NCBI GenBank assembly: GCA_964406665.1
Contig: CAYOSQ010000010.1
Location: 2,870 to 66,869, forward strand
Direction of reading: 5' to 3'
DNA: 64,000 nucleotides
DNA from: an uncultured Planctomycetia bacterium
GTDB taxonomy: Bacteria; Omnitrophota; Gorgyraeia; VGKH01; JBHPFN01
Shown piece after piece: positions 29,611-40,683 of this stretch; the stretch's first letter is position 1, and every line of letters begins with the position of its first letter. The position numbers were made by a program, and so were the translations under genes. The notes under the pieces were generated by a model that did no database searches, had not been told where the DNA came from, and saw nothing but the letters and a program-made list of their open reading frames with translations.

Positions 29611-30654
29611 TCAGAAATACCCAGCCCAACGAGGTGTTCTTCCATATATTAAAAAATCAAAGAATATTCTAATTTTTTCTGGTCTTTTTAACATTTTTCT
29701 TATGATAACAAAGTCATTTACTTTCCTAAAAGATTGAACCTTGCGCCTTAAAAACAATGTTTTTTTAAAATTACATATATTCCAAAATACAGCCTTAACC
29801 CCTGAACGAGCAATATCGAACTTACCCATAGCAGCAAAAAATAATAATTCCAGCATCAAAATAACCAGATGTGCTGGAAGTATAAAAAACAAAAAGCCGC
29901 CAGAATAATTCTTAAGTAAAGTTCTTATTGTATTTCTTTCGGAAATATATCTTTTCTGGGCTCTGTTATGTGTTGTGCTTAAAGTCGCACTTACTCTATG
30001 ATAAAGAAATGCTTTAGGCTCAGCAACAACCTTATAGCCCAAAAGATGAACGCGCCAAGATAAATCTGTATCATCAACTAAAGTTAAATAATCAGGATCA
30101 TAGCCTCCAATTATCGAAAGAAGATCTTTTTTAATAAACATTGCTCCACCGAATGAGAAGAAAATATCAGAAAAATGATCGTATTGACCATTATCCCGTT
30201 GATTTATTCCTCTGGAAGCAGGAAATGCAAAAATATCCACGTCCGCACCAACGCTATCGATTTCCTGAATTAATTTATCGTCTTTGATTCTCAACATCTT
30301 TACGGTGCAAATCCCTATATTTTCATCAGACTCACAACGATCAACTAGATGATTTAATATTTCAGGGTCAAACTCCATATCATTACTTACCCAAAAGATG
30401 TATTTCCCTTCCGCTTCCTTAATTGCAACGTTACTACCTTCAGCCGTACCAAGATTTTCCTTATTTTCAATAATCTTAAATTCAGGATAATTCTCTTTCA
30501 CAAACTCTACACTTCCATCTTCTGAGGCATTATCAACAATAATGACCTCATAGTTTGGATAATTCAAAGCCTTCAAAGAAGGTAAGTGTTTCTCTAAAAG
30601 TTTCCTGCCTTTCCAGGTAACATTAACAATTGAAATTAATGGCAATGTTTTCAT
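29611..30654 (-). CDS. Family 2 glycosyltransferase
   Basis: ISIVNVTWKGRKLL...YEVIIVDNASEDGS. C-terminal hydrophobic helices. Confidence 0.75.
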   Translation of the reverse strand: MKTLPLISIVNVTWKGRKLLEKHLPSLKALNYPNYEVIIVDNASEDGSVEFVKENYPEFKIIENKENLGTAEGSNVAIKEAEGKYIFWVSNDMEFDPEILNHLVDRCESDENIGICTVKMLRIKDDKLIQEIDSVGADVDIFAFPASRGINQRDNGQYDHFSDIFFSFGGAMFIKKDLLSIIGGYDPDYLTLVDDTDLSWRVHLLGYKVVAEPKAFLYHRVSATLSTTHNRAQKRYISERNTIRTLLKNYSGGFLFFILPAHLVILMLELLFFAAMGKFDIARSGVKAVFWNICNFKKTLFLRRKVQSFRKVNDFVIIRKMLKRPEKIRIFFDFLIYGRTPRWAGYF

Positions 30655-30656
30655 TC

Positions 30657-32366
30657 TTATCTCTTATTACTAGCTAGAAGATAATTGCTTTCAATTAATG
30701 CTAAACCATCAACAATATACTCATCAAACTCACCAATAAAGAATTTTATTCTAATTTCTTTAGGCTCTTCATCTAACAGAAGAGGCAATGCAACAAAATA
30801 ATATGAATTTTCAGGAAATAAAAAAATAGTCTGGCTATAAATTTCATTATCAATATAAATAACTATTTTGCTACGATCGTCAGTTTTTTTAGAAAGAAAC
30901 TTAACCCAAGCTCCCAGGATAAATTGCCTACCAACAATATTATGATTTTTCTTAGTAGAAATCATAAAATCTATAATAGTTTCTCCAGAACTATTTGTTA
31001 TTTTATTATGAATAAATCGATTAACAAGTTCATTGAACGAGGAGGCATCTTTTTTTCGAAAAGGTCCAGATGATGAAGGTGCTTCCGATACAAGTAAAGA
31101 TACTACAGATTCTACACCTGACTCAACATAATCTAACTCCCACTGCTTAAGAAGATTTTCTGAATTTTGTAACGGAAGAAAAATATCCTGCATATATTTA
31201 AATGACTGCTTTTTATTCAATAAGAGATCATCATGCTTCATCAAGTTTTTCGCAACAATTTCACCAACAAGCTCATTTCCTAAAGCAGAAAGAAGATAAT
31301 CTCCTGAAACATAAAGCCGCTGAGCAAAATTCTCACTGAAACCAGTTATCTTATCAAATTCTTCAACTAAATTAATAATATTTAATTCAAGTGGCTGAAG
31401 CTCTTCAATCATCCAATTATTAAGGTTATACTTAAACATGCTGGAATAATTGATAACAATAGAAGGAATCGCCATTACTAAAAAATTAGCGTTTCCTTGC
31501 TCGCAAAGTTCTCTAATCTTTACTACATGTTCAGTAAATAATTGGGAAGCTTTACGTATCTTATCATATTTTTCTAATTCCTTTCGATCAATATAATACG
31601 CATCCCAAGGATGAATGAGATCAGACATTCTTTGCATCTCTTCATTAGTTTTTTGTTTATCATGTGAATACTGACTCGCACTCACCTTTTCCAACAAAAG
31701 TGCAATCCTAACCCTAACAAATTTGTAAAATTGACTTAAACGAAAAAGCATAAAGTCTATATCTTGTAAACAATTAGTCTCTTCTGTATAGCGCTTAACT
31801 AAATAACCACCCATTACTTGATGCTTTTCGAGGATAAAACGATAGTTATCAACTAAATCGTTTTCCAAATAAACTTGTAAAATGACAAAATCTGGATTAA
31901 ATTGCTTTAGATATTTGTCAAAAATTAAATATTCTTGAACAGTTCCATAACCTGGAACGCCACCGTTATAAACTTCAAAAGTTAAATCTGCTTCATCATA
32001 AAGGCTATTTAATTTTTCCTTCAAGATAGCCGAATAAGTATCTTCTATTGAGCAACCTGCTCCAAAAGTAAAAGAATCTCCCAAAGAAACAATGCGCATA
32101 ACATTTTCTTTTTTCTTCTGATAAAAAGGAGCATCTGCTCTAAAACCTTGAGCATTGGTAGCATAGCGAATAACATCAATTTTTTCAAAATTGCTCTTCA
32201 GGCGCCAACGAAGATCGACATCATTTTGATAAAAATCGTTTATCAAAATTTTGTCAGGAATAACTGAAATATCGAATACTCTAAAAAATACCTCACAGAT
32301 AATAAAAGTCACGCTGACAGCTAGAATAATTGCAATTATCGAAAAAAGAAAATTCTTTCTATTCAT
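30657..32366 (-). CDS. Membrane-anchored SGNH/GDSL-fold hydrolase-like protein (candidate sugar O-acyl esterase/transferase)
   Basis: N-terminal TM, then SLGDSFTFGAG (GDS(L) block I). Remainder unassigned. Confidence 0.4.
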   Translation of the reverse strand: MNRKNFLFSIIAIILAVSVTFIICEVFFRVFDISVIPDKILINDFYQNDVDLRWRLKSNFEKIDVIRYATNAQGFRADAPFYQKKKENVMRIVSLGDSFTFGAGCSIEDTYSAILKEKLNSLYDEADLTFEVYNGGVPGYGTVQEYLIFDKYLKQFNPDFVILQVYLENDLVDNYRFILEKHQVMGGYLVKRYTEETNCLQDIDFMLFRLSQFYKFVRVRIALLLEKVSASQYSHDKQKTNEEMQRMSDLIHPWDAYYIDRKELEKYDKIRKASQLFTEHVVKIRELCEQGNANFLVMAIPSIVINYSSMFKYNLNNWMIEELQPLELNIINLVEEFDKITGFSENFAQRLYVSGDYLLSALGNELVGEIVAKNLMKHDDLLLNKKQSFKYMQDIFLPLQNSENLLKQWELDYVESGVESVVSLLVSEAPSSSGPFRKKDASSFNELVNRFIHNKITNSSGETIIDFMISTKKNHNIVGRQFILGAWVKFLSKKTDDRSKIVIYIDNEIYSQTIFLFPENSYYFVALPLLLDEEPKEIRIKFFIGEFDEYIVDGLALIESNYLLASNKR

Positions 32367-32370
32367 AGAA

Positions 32371-33783
32371 TTAAGCGTTATCTTTCTTTGCTAAATCTAC
32401 TAAATTATTTTTGAAGAAAATTGAAATAAATTTGTTAAGTGCAAATTTGATCATATTAAAGGAACTAAGATATCTTAATAAGGTTTTTGGTCTTAAATAA
32501 CATCTTAGAATGGCTGATTTTCTGATTCGCTCTAATTCTCCGATAGTTATTCCTTCAGGAGCATAAGTTACCTTATTCTGAGCCAAAACAGTGAAATCAA
32601 AATCCTCTGGCAATTCATTATTCTCCATAAGCAATTTTGTTGCTTCTGTTCCCGGCAAAGGCTGAAACGCAGTAAAACTAGCCTCGGTTATGGGAAGACT
32701 CAATGCAAGCTTGATAGTTTTTTCCATCTCTTTTTTTGTTTCTGTTGGATAACCTAATATGAAATATCCCGTAGGCTCAAAACCCATCTTCTTCATTAAG
32801 TTAACTTTTTCCCAAATCATCTTTAAATTAGTATTTTTTTTCATTAGCTTCAGCATGCGCTCAGAACCAGATTCAATTCCTAAAACAATAGTCTTTTCAA
32901 AGTTACTTTCTGCCATTGTCGTTAGCAATTCTTCATCAATAATATCTAACCTCATGCCTACTCCCATAGAAAATAAGGCTTTGATATTTTCTTGTTTTAC
33001 TCTTTTGCAGAACTCCATGATGAACTGCTTAGTAACGCCAAAACCTTCATCTTCGATAATGAATCTTTTAACATCATAATCTTTCTGTAAAATACATAAC
33101 TCTTGAAAAATGTGATCCATGCTTCTACGCCTTAGGTTCTGCCCGGATGTAACTTTGGCAGCACAAAAAGTACAAGGACAAGGGCAACCTCTGGAGAAAA
33201 ATACCGGCACACTATGTTGACCCACGCTTAGAAACTTAAAATACTCTTTCGGGTTTATTAAATCCCATGCCGGGAAACCATATTCATCAACATTCTTGGC
33301 AAAATAAGGAGGATTGCAGATTTCATCAACTCCTTCTTTATAAATTAAACCAGGAATATCTCTTAGATTACTTTTCTTCTTGTCAATACTATCTACCAGC
33401 ATCCTTAAAGGAACCTCTCCCTCACCTCTTATGGCAAAATCAATATTCTTGAAATAATCATAAATTCTACCTGGCAAAGAAGAAACATGTGGCCCACCCA
33501 AAATTATTATTTTCTCGGGCATTTTATCTTTTATTAGATCTATCATTTTCTTCACAAACGGAACAGAAATCGAAAACAGATTAAATGCAACAACATCCGC
33601 AGATGATTTTTCAACGTTGTCTAAAAATCCATCATAATTAAAATTATCTTTCAGGCAATCCAATATCTCCACCGAATGATTACTCTTTCTAAGTGAAGTA
33701 GCTAAATACCCCAACCCTACAGGAGGATAAGAATCTCCGTATAATCCCGGTTCTTTAAACGGCTGTACCAATAAAATTTTCAT
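32371..33783 (-). CDS. B12-binding domain radical SAM enzyme, paralog 6
   Basis: FSRGCPCPCTFCAA. Confidence 0.85.
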   Translation of the reverse strand: MKILLVQPFKEPGLYGDSYPPVGLGYLATSLRKSNHSVEILDCLKDNFNYDGFLDNVEKSSADVVAFNLFSISVPFVKKMIDLIKDKMPEKIIILGGPHVSSLPGRIYDYFKNIDFAIRGEGEVPLRMLVDSIDKKKSNLRDIPGLIYKEGVDEICNPPYFAKNVDEYGFPAWDLINPKEYFKFLSVGQHSVPVFFSRGCPCPCTFCAAKVTSGQNLRRRSMDHIFQELCILQKDYDVKRFIIEDEGFGVTKQFIMEFCKRVKQENIKALFSMGVGMRLDIIDEELLTTMAESNFEKTIVLGIESGSERMLKLMKKNTNLKMIWEKVNLMKKMGFEPTGYFILGYPTETKKEMEKTIKLALSLPITEASFTAFQPLPGTEATKLLMENNELPEDFDFTVLAQNKVTYAPEGITIGELERIRKSAILRCYLRPKTLLRYLSSFNMIKFALNKFISIFFKNNLVDLAKKDNA

Positions 33784-33784
33784 A

Positions 33785-34441
33785 CTATTTACCTAATTCT
33801 ACTTTAGAGGCAACCACCATCTGCCCCCGAGGAATAAACCCAAAGTATGTCCTGTTTTTCTGATAATCAATTACTTCAAAACCTTTTTGTTTAAGAATAT
33901 CTGCAAGATTCTTTCTTGTAAAATACCTTATATGAGGAGAAGCAGGATAAAAATAATCGTCCAGAGCCTTAAGAGCAATTAAAATTGTTTTAATGCGTGT
34001 TAATTCTGATGTAGCAATTAACATATTGCCTCCGGGCTTCAGTACCCTGTTAATTTCCATAAGAATTAACTCTACATCTAATACATGCTCAAGGACATCT
34101 ACAACTGAAACAGTATCAAAAGAATTATCTTCAAACGGAAGCAAGCAAGCACTCTTTAATTCATGAAACTCCAAGTTAGGATAATTGTTTTTTGCCTTTT
34201 CTATGGCAACTTGAGAAACATCTATCCCAGCACCAGAATCAATATAATCATTAACCATATGCAAAAACTGGCCGTCTCCACATCCAAAATCCAACAGGCG
34301 GCCGCTAATGTATGGCTTAAAAAACTTCAAATGGTAATCGAAATTCTCCTGTGTCCACTCACCAGGTAAAACATCAAAAGGATTTACCTTTATGTGTTCA
34401 TCCCGCCAATACCTATTGTAAAATGATTTTGCCTGACCCAT
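33785..34441 (-). CDS. Class I SAM-dependent methyltransferase
   Basis: LLDFGCGDGQF motif I. VSVVDVLEHV. Confidence 0.7.
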   Translation of the reverse strand: MGQAKSFYNRYWRDEHIKVNPFDVLPGEWTQENFDYHLKFFKPYISGRLLDFGCGDGQFLHMVNDYIDSGAGIDVSQVAIEKAKNNYPNLEFHELKSACLLPFEDNSFDTVSVVDVLEHVLDVELILMEINRVLKPGGNMLIATSELTRIKTILIALKALDDYFYPASPHIRYFTRKNLADILKQKGFEVIDYQKNRTYFGFIPRGQMVVASKVELGK

Positions 34442-34448
34442 GATGCTA

Positions 34449-35420
34449 TCAACTCACTTTCACAGAACCTACTTTTTCATTTATCCATTCATAAGTCCTT
34501 TTTAGTCCTTCTTCAAGGCTTATGCTTGGCTCCCATTTTAAGACTTCTCTTAATTTTGTATTATCGCTATTTCTCCCCCTTACACCTTGAGGCTTGGAAA
34601 GATCATGCTGCTTAGAAATCTTTTTCCCGGCAGCAGCAGCTACAATATCAACCAGCTCATCTATGCTAATAAGCCTATCCTGTCCAAGGTTAAGAGGTTT
34701 AAAATAGTCTGAATTCATTAATCTATAAATACCTTCAACACAATCATCAATATAGCAGTATGAACGAGTTTGCTTTCCGTCCCCCCAAACTTCGATTTCA
34801 TCTTCATTCTTTGCCAAGGCTATCTTTCTACAAATTGCGGCCGGTGACTTTTCTCTTCCTCCCTCGTAAGTTCCTAAAGGCCCAAAAATATTATGAAAAC
34901 GCACAATGTGAGTTTTTAAATCGTGATCTTCGGTAAAATACTGACAGGCTAATTCAGAAAAAAGCTTCTCCCAACCGTAACCTGGCTCTGCATCTGCTGG
35001 ATAAGCATCTTCTTCTTTGAGTCTTTTTACATTTGCATCTTTCTGCAAATATTGAGGGTATATGCAAGCTGAACTTGTATATAAATAGTTTTTGATTTTA
35101 TTCTCCTTAGCTGCTTCAAGCATATGCAAATTTATTAAGGCATTGTTTCTTAAAACAACGGCGTGGGATGAGGTGATATAACCGATGCCGCCCATATCAG
35201 CAGCCAATTGATAAACTTCTTCTACTCCCTGGCATGCCTTCATGCAATTTTCAAACTCTCTTAAATCCAATATTTGAAAATCGTCTGCAGCTGTTTCCTC
35301 AAATTCAGGATTTTTCAAATCTACTCCCCTAACCCAAAAACCCTTATCTTTCAAATATTTTACAAGATGATGACCTATAAAACCACCAGCTCCGGCAACT
35401 AAAACTTTTTTACCTTTCAT
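34449..35420 (-). CDS. NAD-dependent nucleotide-sugar epimerase/dehydratase (SDR)
   Basis: KKVLVAGAGGFIGHHLV Rossmann N-terminus. YxxxK region. Confidence 0.7.
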   Translation of the reverse strand: MKGKKVLVAGAGGFIGHHLVKYLKDKGFWVRGVDLKNPEFEETAADDFQILDLREFENCMKACQGVEEVYQLAADMGGIGYITSSHAVVLRNNALINLHMLEAAKENKIKNYLYTSSACIYPQYLQKDANVKRLKEEDAYPADAEPGYGWEKLFSELACQYFTEDHDLKTHIVRFHNIFGPLGTYEGGREKSPAAICRKIALAKNEDEIEVWGDGKQTRSYCYIDDCVEGIYRLMNSDYFKPLNLGQDRLISIDELVDIVAAAAGKKISKQHDLSKPQGVRGRNSDNTKLREVLKWEPSISLEEGLKRTYEWINEKVGSVKVS

Positions 35421-35432
35421 AAATCTTCTCCT

Positions 35433-36767
35433 TTACGCACAAATGCCTTTTCCAATGAACTGTATTTTTGCCTTAATATTTTTATCTTTTAAAATACCCC
35501 AGCAATCCAAAATGCTGGCACTGTTTTTTAATTCGCTATCTTTGATATCCTTAAATTCTCCCCAAGGAGTTGCAACTACCACAATGTCTGCATCTTTAAT
35601 ACATTCTCTTCTACTATTTGCATATGTTACGCCGTCTCCAAATACTCCTCTTGCAAAATCCTGAGCTTGGGGATCATAGACTGCAACTTTATAGCCTTGG
35701 TTAATCAACAATTCTACAATATCTATAGCCTGTGAATCTTCGATTATATGCGTGTTGGGTTTATATGAAAGACCTAATACACCAACACATATATCAGACT
35801 TTACTTTTTTTGATTTATTAGATAGGGCATTTATAATTTTCTCGATTCTAACAACCTGATCCCTATTAACCTCATCAACCATCTCAGCTAACTTTGCCTT
35901 TTGATCTACTTTCCTGGCGAATGCAGCGAAGGCAACGTTATCCCTAGGAAAACACGGGCCCCCATAACCTAAACCAGGTTTTAAATACTTCCTCCCTATA
36001 CGAGAATCTAAACCAATTCCACTAGTAATAGTTTCTGCATCAGCACCGGGAACTTTTTCACAAACAGCTGCTAAAGAATTAGCATAGGTTATTTTCATAG
36101 TAACATAGCAATTAAGAGAAATTTTAGCTATTTCAGCGCTGACGGCATTCATTCTCGCAAAACTTGGCTCATTTTCGCATGAGTTATTATAAATTGACTC
36201 TAGCATCTCTCCGTCTTTTTTATTCATCTCTCCAATCAAAATAAAATCAGGATTAAGGAAATCATGGATCACGCTGCCTAAAGCAATAAACTCCGGATTG
36301 TAAGCTAAACCAAAATCCTTCCCACACTTCTTCCCAGAAGATTCTTCCAAAATAAATTTAGCTACATGCTCTGTAGTCCCAGGCATGACCGTTGACGTAA
36401 TTACAACTAAATGATAAGTATTTTTTTCTTTTAAAACAGGGCCTATCTGCCTCAGCGATTCTTCAAGCTGCTGATTAGAAAAAGATCCATCAGCCTCTGA
36501 AGGAGTGGCAACAACGATAAAAGTTGCGTCTGTTTTGAGAATCGCATCTTCATAGTCAGTAGTTGCAGTGATATTTTTCTTATTATCTTTTAGATATTTT
36601 GATAAATCGGTTTCATTAATTGGATTATTTCCGCTATTTATCAAATCAACATGATTTTTGTTAATGTCTACACCAATAACTTTGTTTTTCTTTGCAAAGC
36701 AAGCTACCATACATAATCCTAACTTGCCTAGCCCAACTACCGAAATACCATTTTTCAAATCCTTCAT
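35433..36767 (-). CDS. UDP-glucose/GDP-mannose dehydrogenase family nucleotide-sugar dehydrogenase
   Basis: ISVVGLGKLGLCMVACFA N-terminus. Catalytic GGPCFPRD motif. Confidence 0.75.
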   Translation of the reverse strand: MKDLKNGISVVGLGKLGLCMVACFAKKNKVIGVDINKNHVDLINSGNNPINETDLSKYLKDNKKNITATTDYEDAILKTDATFIVVATPSEADGSFSNQQLEESLRQIGPVLKEKNTYHLVVITSTVMPGTTEHVAKFILEESSGKKCGKDFGLAYNPEFIALGSVIHDFLNPDFILIGEMNKKDGEMLESIYNNSCENEPSFARMNAVSAEIAKISLNCYVTMKITYANSLAAVCEKVPGADAETITSGIGLDSRIGRKYLKPGLGYGGPCFPRDNVAFAAFARKVDQKAKLAEMVDEVNRDQVVRIEKIINALSNKSKKVKSDICVGVLGLSYKPNTHIIEDSQAIDIVELLINQGYKVAVYDPQAQDFARGVFGDGVTYANSRRECIKDADIVVVATPWGEFKDIKDSELKNSASILDCWGILKDKNIKAKIQFIGKGICA

Positions 36768-36845
36768 CTTTTCTCCTTAAATATTCTTCTAACGAACTTT
36801 TTTATCTATGGATATTGAGGCTTCTATCATTTCTATAAATAAAAA

Positions 36846-38021
36846 TTACCTAACATATCGCTCTAATATATCCTTAAGTCTTTGAGCATAGCTATGCCAA
36901 GAATATTTTTTGGCAACTTCCCATGCCCTCTTCCCCATAGAAGAAGATCTACCTAAATCATCAAATATCATTTTCGCGTACTTAATAAATTCATTGGCAT
37001 TGCTTTCTTTAGGAAAGTATCCATGAACACCATGTTCAAATAAATCAGCAACACCTGAACCCTCTGGTATCATCACCGGACAACCACATGAAGCCGCCTC
37101 TAGTGTCTGCATTCCGAATCCTTCATGAACAGGATGAATATGAAGCATAGCAGTAGAACAAAGACTATGAATCATCTCTTCATCCAGAGGTCCGAGTAAA
37201 TTAACTCTATTTTGCAAACCTCTTTTTTCAACCTGTAAAACAAATTCGTCATAAAGCGACTTCGGGTGCCAAAAACCACCGATGGTTAAAAAGACATCAT
37301 CTTTTTCTATCCCTTCAAGAATATCTAAGAAAATATTAGGAATATTGCCTATATCCCAACGGTCGTAAGTTAAAATCATTCTTTTTCTAGAAGAAAAATC
37401 CGGCAGATTCTCACTGGGAAAACAACCAGTTGGTAAAACCTCTATCGGCTTGTTTGTAATTTTTTTCAGATAATCATGATGAAACTTACCACTGGTGACT
37501 ATCGCTTCACATTCTTTAAATGCAAAATTATCCAACCAGCGAGATGCCCTATAAAGTAAAGGATATTTCCAAGCAAACCTTTCTTTATAAATCTTTCTGG
37601 CAGTATACGTAGACGGATCCCAAATCAAAGTTAAAAAAGGAAGAGAAAAATGTTTTTTTAAGTTCCTAGCAACAAAAGTGCTGTATTGACAATTTGCAAT
37701 AAGAATATCAAATTCTCCTGGGTTAAAACTTCGGTGGGAATAGAAAAAACTTGCCACATGATGCAAAGAAAAAAAAGACATTCCGGGAAACTTAAAATTA
37801 AATTTTTTAAAAAGCCAAGGATATTTTGGAAAAAGATATCGAATCTTTGTTCCGCCTAAATGAAAATCGTAAAATTCTTTGTGCTTCTGCCAATGATCTT
37901 TTTCAATCATAACAATGGCTTCAGCATCAACTCCAATTTTCGCCAACTCCTTAATTGGCCACCCAATCAACTTTGGAGTGCTCCCTGGTGCTAATTCATC
38001 TATAATTAATCCAACCTTCAT
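36846..38021 (-). CDS. Family 1 (GT4-like) glycosyltransferase
   Basis: EGFGMQTLEAASCGCPVMIPEGSG donor-binding motif. Confidence 0.7.
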   Translation of the reverse strand: MKVGLIIDELAPGSTPKLIGWPIKELAKIGVDAEAIVMIEKDHWQKHKEFYDFHLGGTKIRYLFPKYPWLFKKFNFKFPGMSFFSLHHVASFFYSHRSFNPGEFDILIANCQYSTFVARNLKKHFSLPFLTLIWDPSTYTARKIYKERFAWKYPLLYRASRWLDNFAFKECEAIVTSGKFHHDYLKKITNKPIEVLPTGCFPSENLPDFSSRKRMILTYDRWDIGNIPNIFLDILEGIEKDDVFLTIGGFWHPKSLYDEFVLQVEKRGLQNRVNLLGPLDEEMIHSLCSTAMLHIHPVHEGFGMQTLEAASCGCPVMIPEGSGVADLFEHGVHGYFPKESNANEFIKYAKMIFDDLGRSSSMGKRAWEVAKKYSWHSYAQRLKDILERYVR

Positions 38022-38042
38022 AAATTTATTTTCAAAAACCTT

Positions 38043-39659
38043 TCACTTTTTTGTTAAATAAAACGGTCCAATACCCATAACGTCAATTCCTGTAGAGTAA
38101 AAATTCTCAATAGCCTGCCTAGGAGAACACGCAATAGGCTGACCCATAACGTTGAGCGAAGTATTAAGCACCATAGGAACCCCTGTAATTTTTTTAAACT
38201 CAGAAATCAATTTATGATATTTAGAATTGGCATTTTTATTAACTGTTTGAACTCTAGCAGTACCATTAACATGAGTTATCGCAGGTACAACTGAAGCTTT
38301 ATCTTCTTTAACCTTAAAAGTAACCGTCATATATGGGGAACTGCTGATATTCTCAAAAAAGTCTCCAGCATCCTCTTCAAGAACTGAAGGAGCAAATGGC
38401 CTAAAAGATTCTCTGAATTTTACCAATCTATTTATAGTTGCGGTCATATCCTTTCTTCTGCAATCAGCTAAAATACTTCTGTTTCCTAATGCTCTAGGAC
38501 CAAACTCCATCCTTCCTTGAAACCAACCAGCAATTTTTCCATTCGAAATATCTTTTGCGATACACTGCTCTAAATTTTTTGGCCTTGAATACTTAGCACG
38601 GCAACTATCTAAGATTTTCTTGATATCATCAATATTATATTCTGGCCCTAGATAAGGATTTTCTAATCTCTGGATATTATCTTTTTGCTTAATGCTTTGC
38701 AACAAGCAGCAACCTACAGAAAGACCAGCATCTGAAACATTTGGCGGGACAAAAAGGTTTTCCACCAAACCAGATTCTTTGATTTTATGATTCATTGAAC
38801 AGTTTAAAGAAACCCCACCAGCAAGACACAAATTTCGAGATCCAGTTTTCTTAACCAATTTCTCAATCAAATGCAAAACTATATCTTCAAGTAACTTTTG
38901 TCCACTTGCTGCTACATCTTTATAGTAATCTGTTATTTCTTCATCCGATAAACGTCCTGGATTAAGCAAAGATAAGTTTTTGCTATAAATCCTCTCCTGC
39001 TTTGAAGGCGCAGGCATATTAGGAGAAACAGCAGATTTCAAGTAATCTTGATTTAATTTATAGACTTCACCATCTTTTGACAGAACTTTGCTAAGATCAT
39101 ATTTAGGCTTTCCATAAGCAGCAAGCCCCATTACTTTATATTCATCATTATCTTTCTGGAATCCCAAATACTGAGTTAGCATAGAATAAAATATACCTAA
39201 AGAATTTGGTTTAGCTATTCTATAAATTTCCTCAATAGCGCTATTTTGACCAACAGAAGCAGTAGTGCTTACTCTATCACCAGAAAAATCCATAGTTAAT
39301 ATTATAGATTTATTTAATCCAGAAAGGTAAAAAGTTGAGGCGGCATGAGCAGAATGATGATCAACTAGAACTATTTTAGGAGAATATCCAAAAGTAAAAT
39401 CAAAATAATCTTTTAAGATCTTTTCAAAATTTTTGTATGTTGCTCCAGCAAAAGAAACACTTTCCACATCCTTTATTTCAATACCGGCAAATTTGAGGCA
39501 AAATTTAATTGCATTCTTAGGAAGCAAACCAGAGGCATGCTTAATCCTAAGAAATCTTTCTTCTTCTGCCGCTGCTACAACAATCCCGTCTTTTATCAAT
39601 GCCGCAGCACCGTCCTGATTTCCCGACATCACTCCTCCGCTAATTCCTAAAAAATACAT
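38043..39659 (-). CDS. Carbamoyltransferase (NodU/CmcH family)
   Basis: MYFLGISGGVMSGNQDGAAALIKDGIVVAAAEEERFLRIKH matches the Kae1-like N-domain of O-carbamoyltransferases. Length ~540 aa. Confidence 0.75.
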   Translation of the reverse strand: MYFLGISGGVMSGNQDGAAALIKDGIVVAAAEEERFLRIKHASGLLPKNAIKFCLKFAGIEIKDVESVSFAGATYKNFEKILKDYFDFTFGYSPKIVLVDHHSAHAASTFYLSGLNKSIILTMDFSGDRVSTTASVGQNSAIEEIYRIAKPNSLGIFYSMLTQYLGFQKDNDEYKVMGLAAYGKPKYDLSKVLSKDGEVYKLNQDYLKSAVSPNMPAPSKQERIYSKNLSLLNPGRLSDEEITDYYKDVAASGQKLLEDIVLHLIEKLVKKTGSRNLCLAGGVSLNCSMNHKIKESGLVENLFVPPNVSDAGLSVGCCLLQSIKQKDNIQRLENPYLGPEYNIDDIKKILDSCRAKYSRPKNLEQCIAKDISNGKIAGWFQGRMEFGPRALGNRSILADCRRKDMTATINRLVKFRESFRPFAPSVLEEDAGDFFENISSSPYMTVTFKVKEDKASVVPAITHVNGTARVQTVNKNANSKYHKLISEFKKITGVPMVLNTSLNVMGQPIACSPRQAIENFYSTGIDVMGIGPFYLTKK

Positions 39660-39667
39660 ACTATCTC

Positions 39668-40669
39668 CTATTTAGCTTTTTTCAAAAAAACGTCTTTGAT
39701 AAAACCTCTGCCCTCTTGAGTTGAAACGGTCAACCAAGAATATGTAACGAATTGTAGAAAACTTAGAATCGGATGATAAAGCCAGTATTTATTCTTATTC
39801 TTAACTGCTAAAAATAGAGCATGAATACCAGAAAACACAGGAATTCCTGCATAGAAAAACCAAATAAATAATTTTTTGAAAAAGAATTTATCAATGATCC
39901 AATTCAAATTTCTTTTTTTCCTATGCTTAAGAAAATGCTGGAAATAATTTCTTTTAAGCTTAGATCTCCATTCCCTAACTGAGCTTACATGGTGATGAAT
40001 AATATTCAGATTAGGTATATAGCCGATTAAATCATGGTTTTCTTCTATCATTTTCTGGAATATATCATTATCTCCGATAAAATCTTCTTCCAAAAAATAT
40101 TTCTTAACAAAGTCATATCTAAGAACTAAACCATTGGCACCCCAAACTAACGGCCTTTGAGAATCCATTCTGAAAAAATTTATTTCTTTTTCTTTAGAGT
40201 TAACTGACTGACTTCTTTCTAAATAATAACTTATATTTTTATTCAAGAAATAAGATAATGGTTCGCTTTGTATTAACGAAAAATAATGATTTACAGCAGC
40301 GTCATGCTTATCCGCAACAATCCTTCCCCAGGCAGCTGCAAGCTCTAAATTGCTTTCAAAACAATCATTTACGGTAGAAAACCAATCATTCCCCACCAGT
40401 TCATTATCTGCAGCAAACATAACAGTAAGATCTCCCGATGCTAACTCTCCATAAATAGTAAAAGCGTAATGTGCTAGTTTTCTTTTATTGATATGAAATT
40501 TTACAGGATACCGAGAAGCTATTTCTTTGGTATTATCAGACGAGCCTCCATCAACGATAATAACTTCGATCTTCTCCTTAGGATAATTCTGATAATATAT
40601 GCTATCTAAGCATTTTTTCAACCACTTCCCAGCATTATACGTCGGAATAAAAACAGAAAATTTAAACAC
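39668..40669 (-). CDS. Family 2 glycosyltransferase
   Basis: FSVFIPTYNAGKWL...EVIIVDGGSSDNT. Confidence 0.75.
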   Translation of the reverse strand: MFKFSVFIPTYNAGKWLKKCLDSIYYQNYPKEKIEVIIVDGGSSDNTKEIASRYPVKFHINKRKLAHYAFTIYGELASGDLTVMFAADNELVGNDWFSTVNDCFESNLELAAAWGRIVADKHDAAVNHYFSLIQSEPLSYFLNKNISYYLERSQSVNSKEKEINFFRMDSQRPLVWGANGLVLRYDFVKKYFLEEDFIGDNDIFQKMIEENHDLIGYIPNLNIIHHHVSSVREWRSKLKRNYFQHFLKHRKKRNLNWIIDKFFFKKLFIWFFYAGIPVFSGIHALFLAVKNKNKYWLYHPILSFLQFVTYSWLTVSTQEGRGFIKDVFLKKAK

Positions 40670-40683
40670 TTTTTAACTACCTT

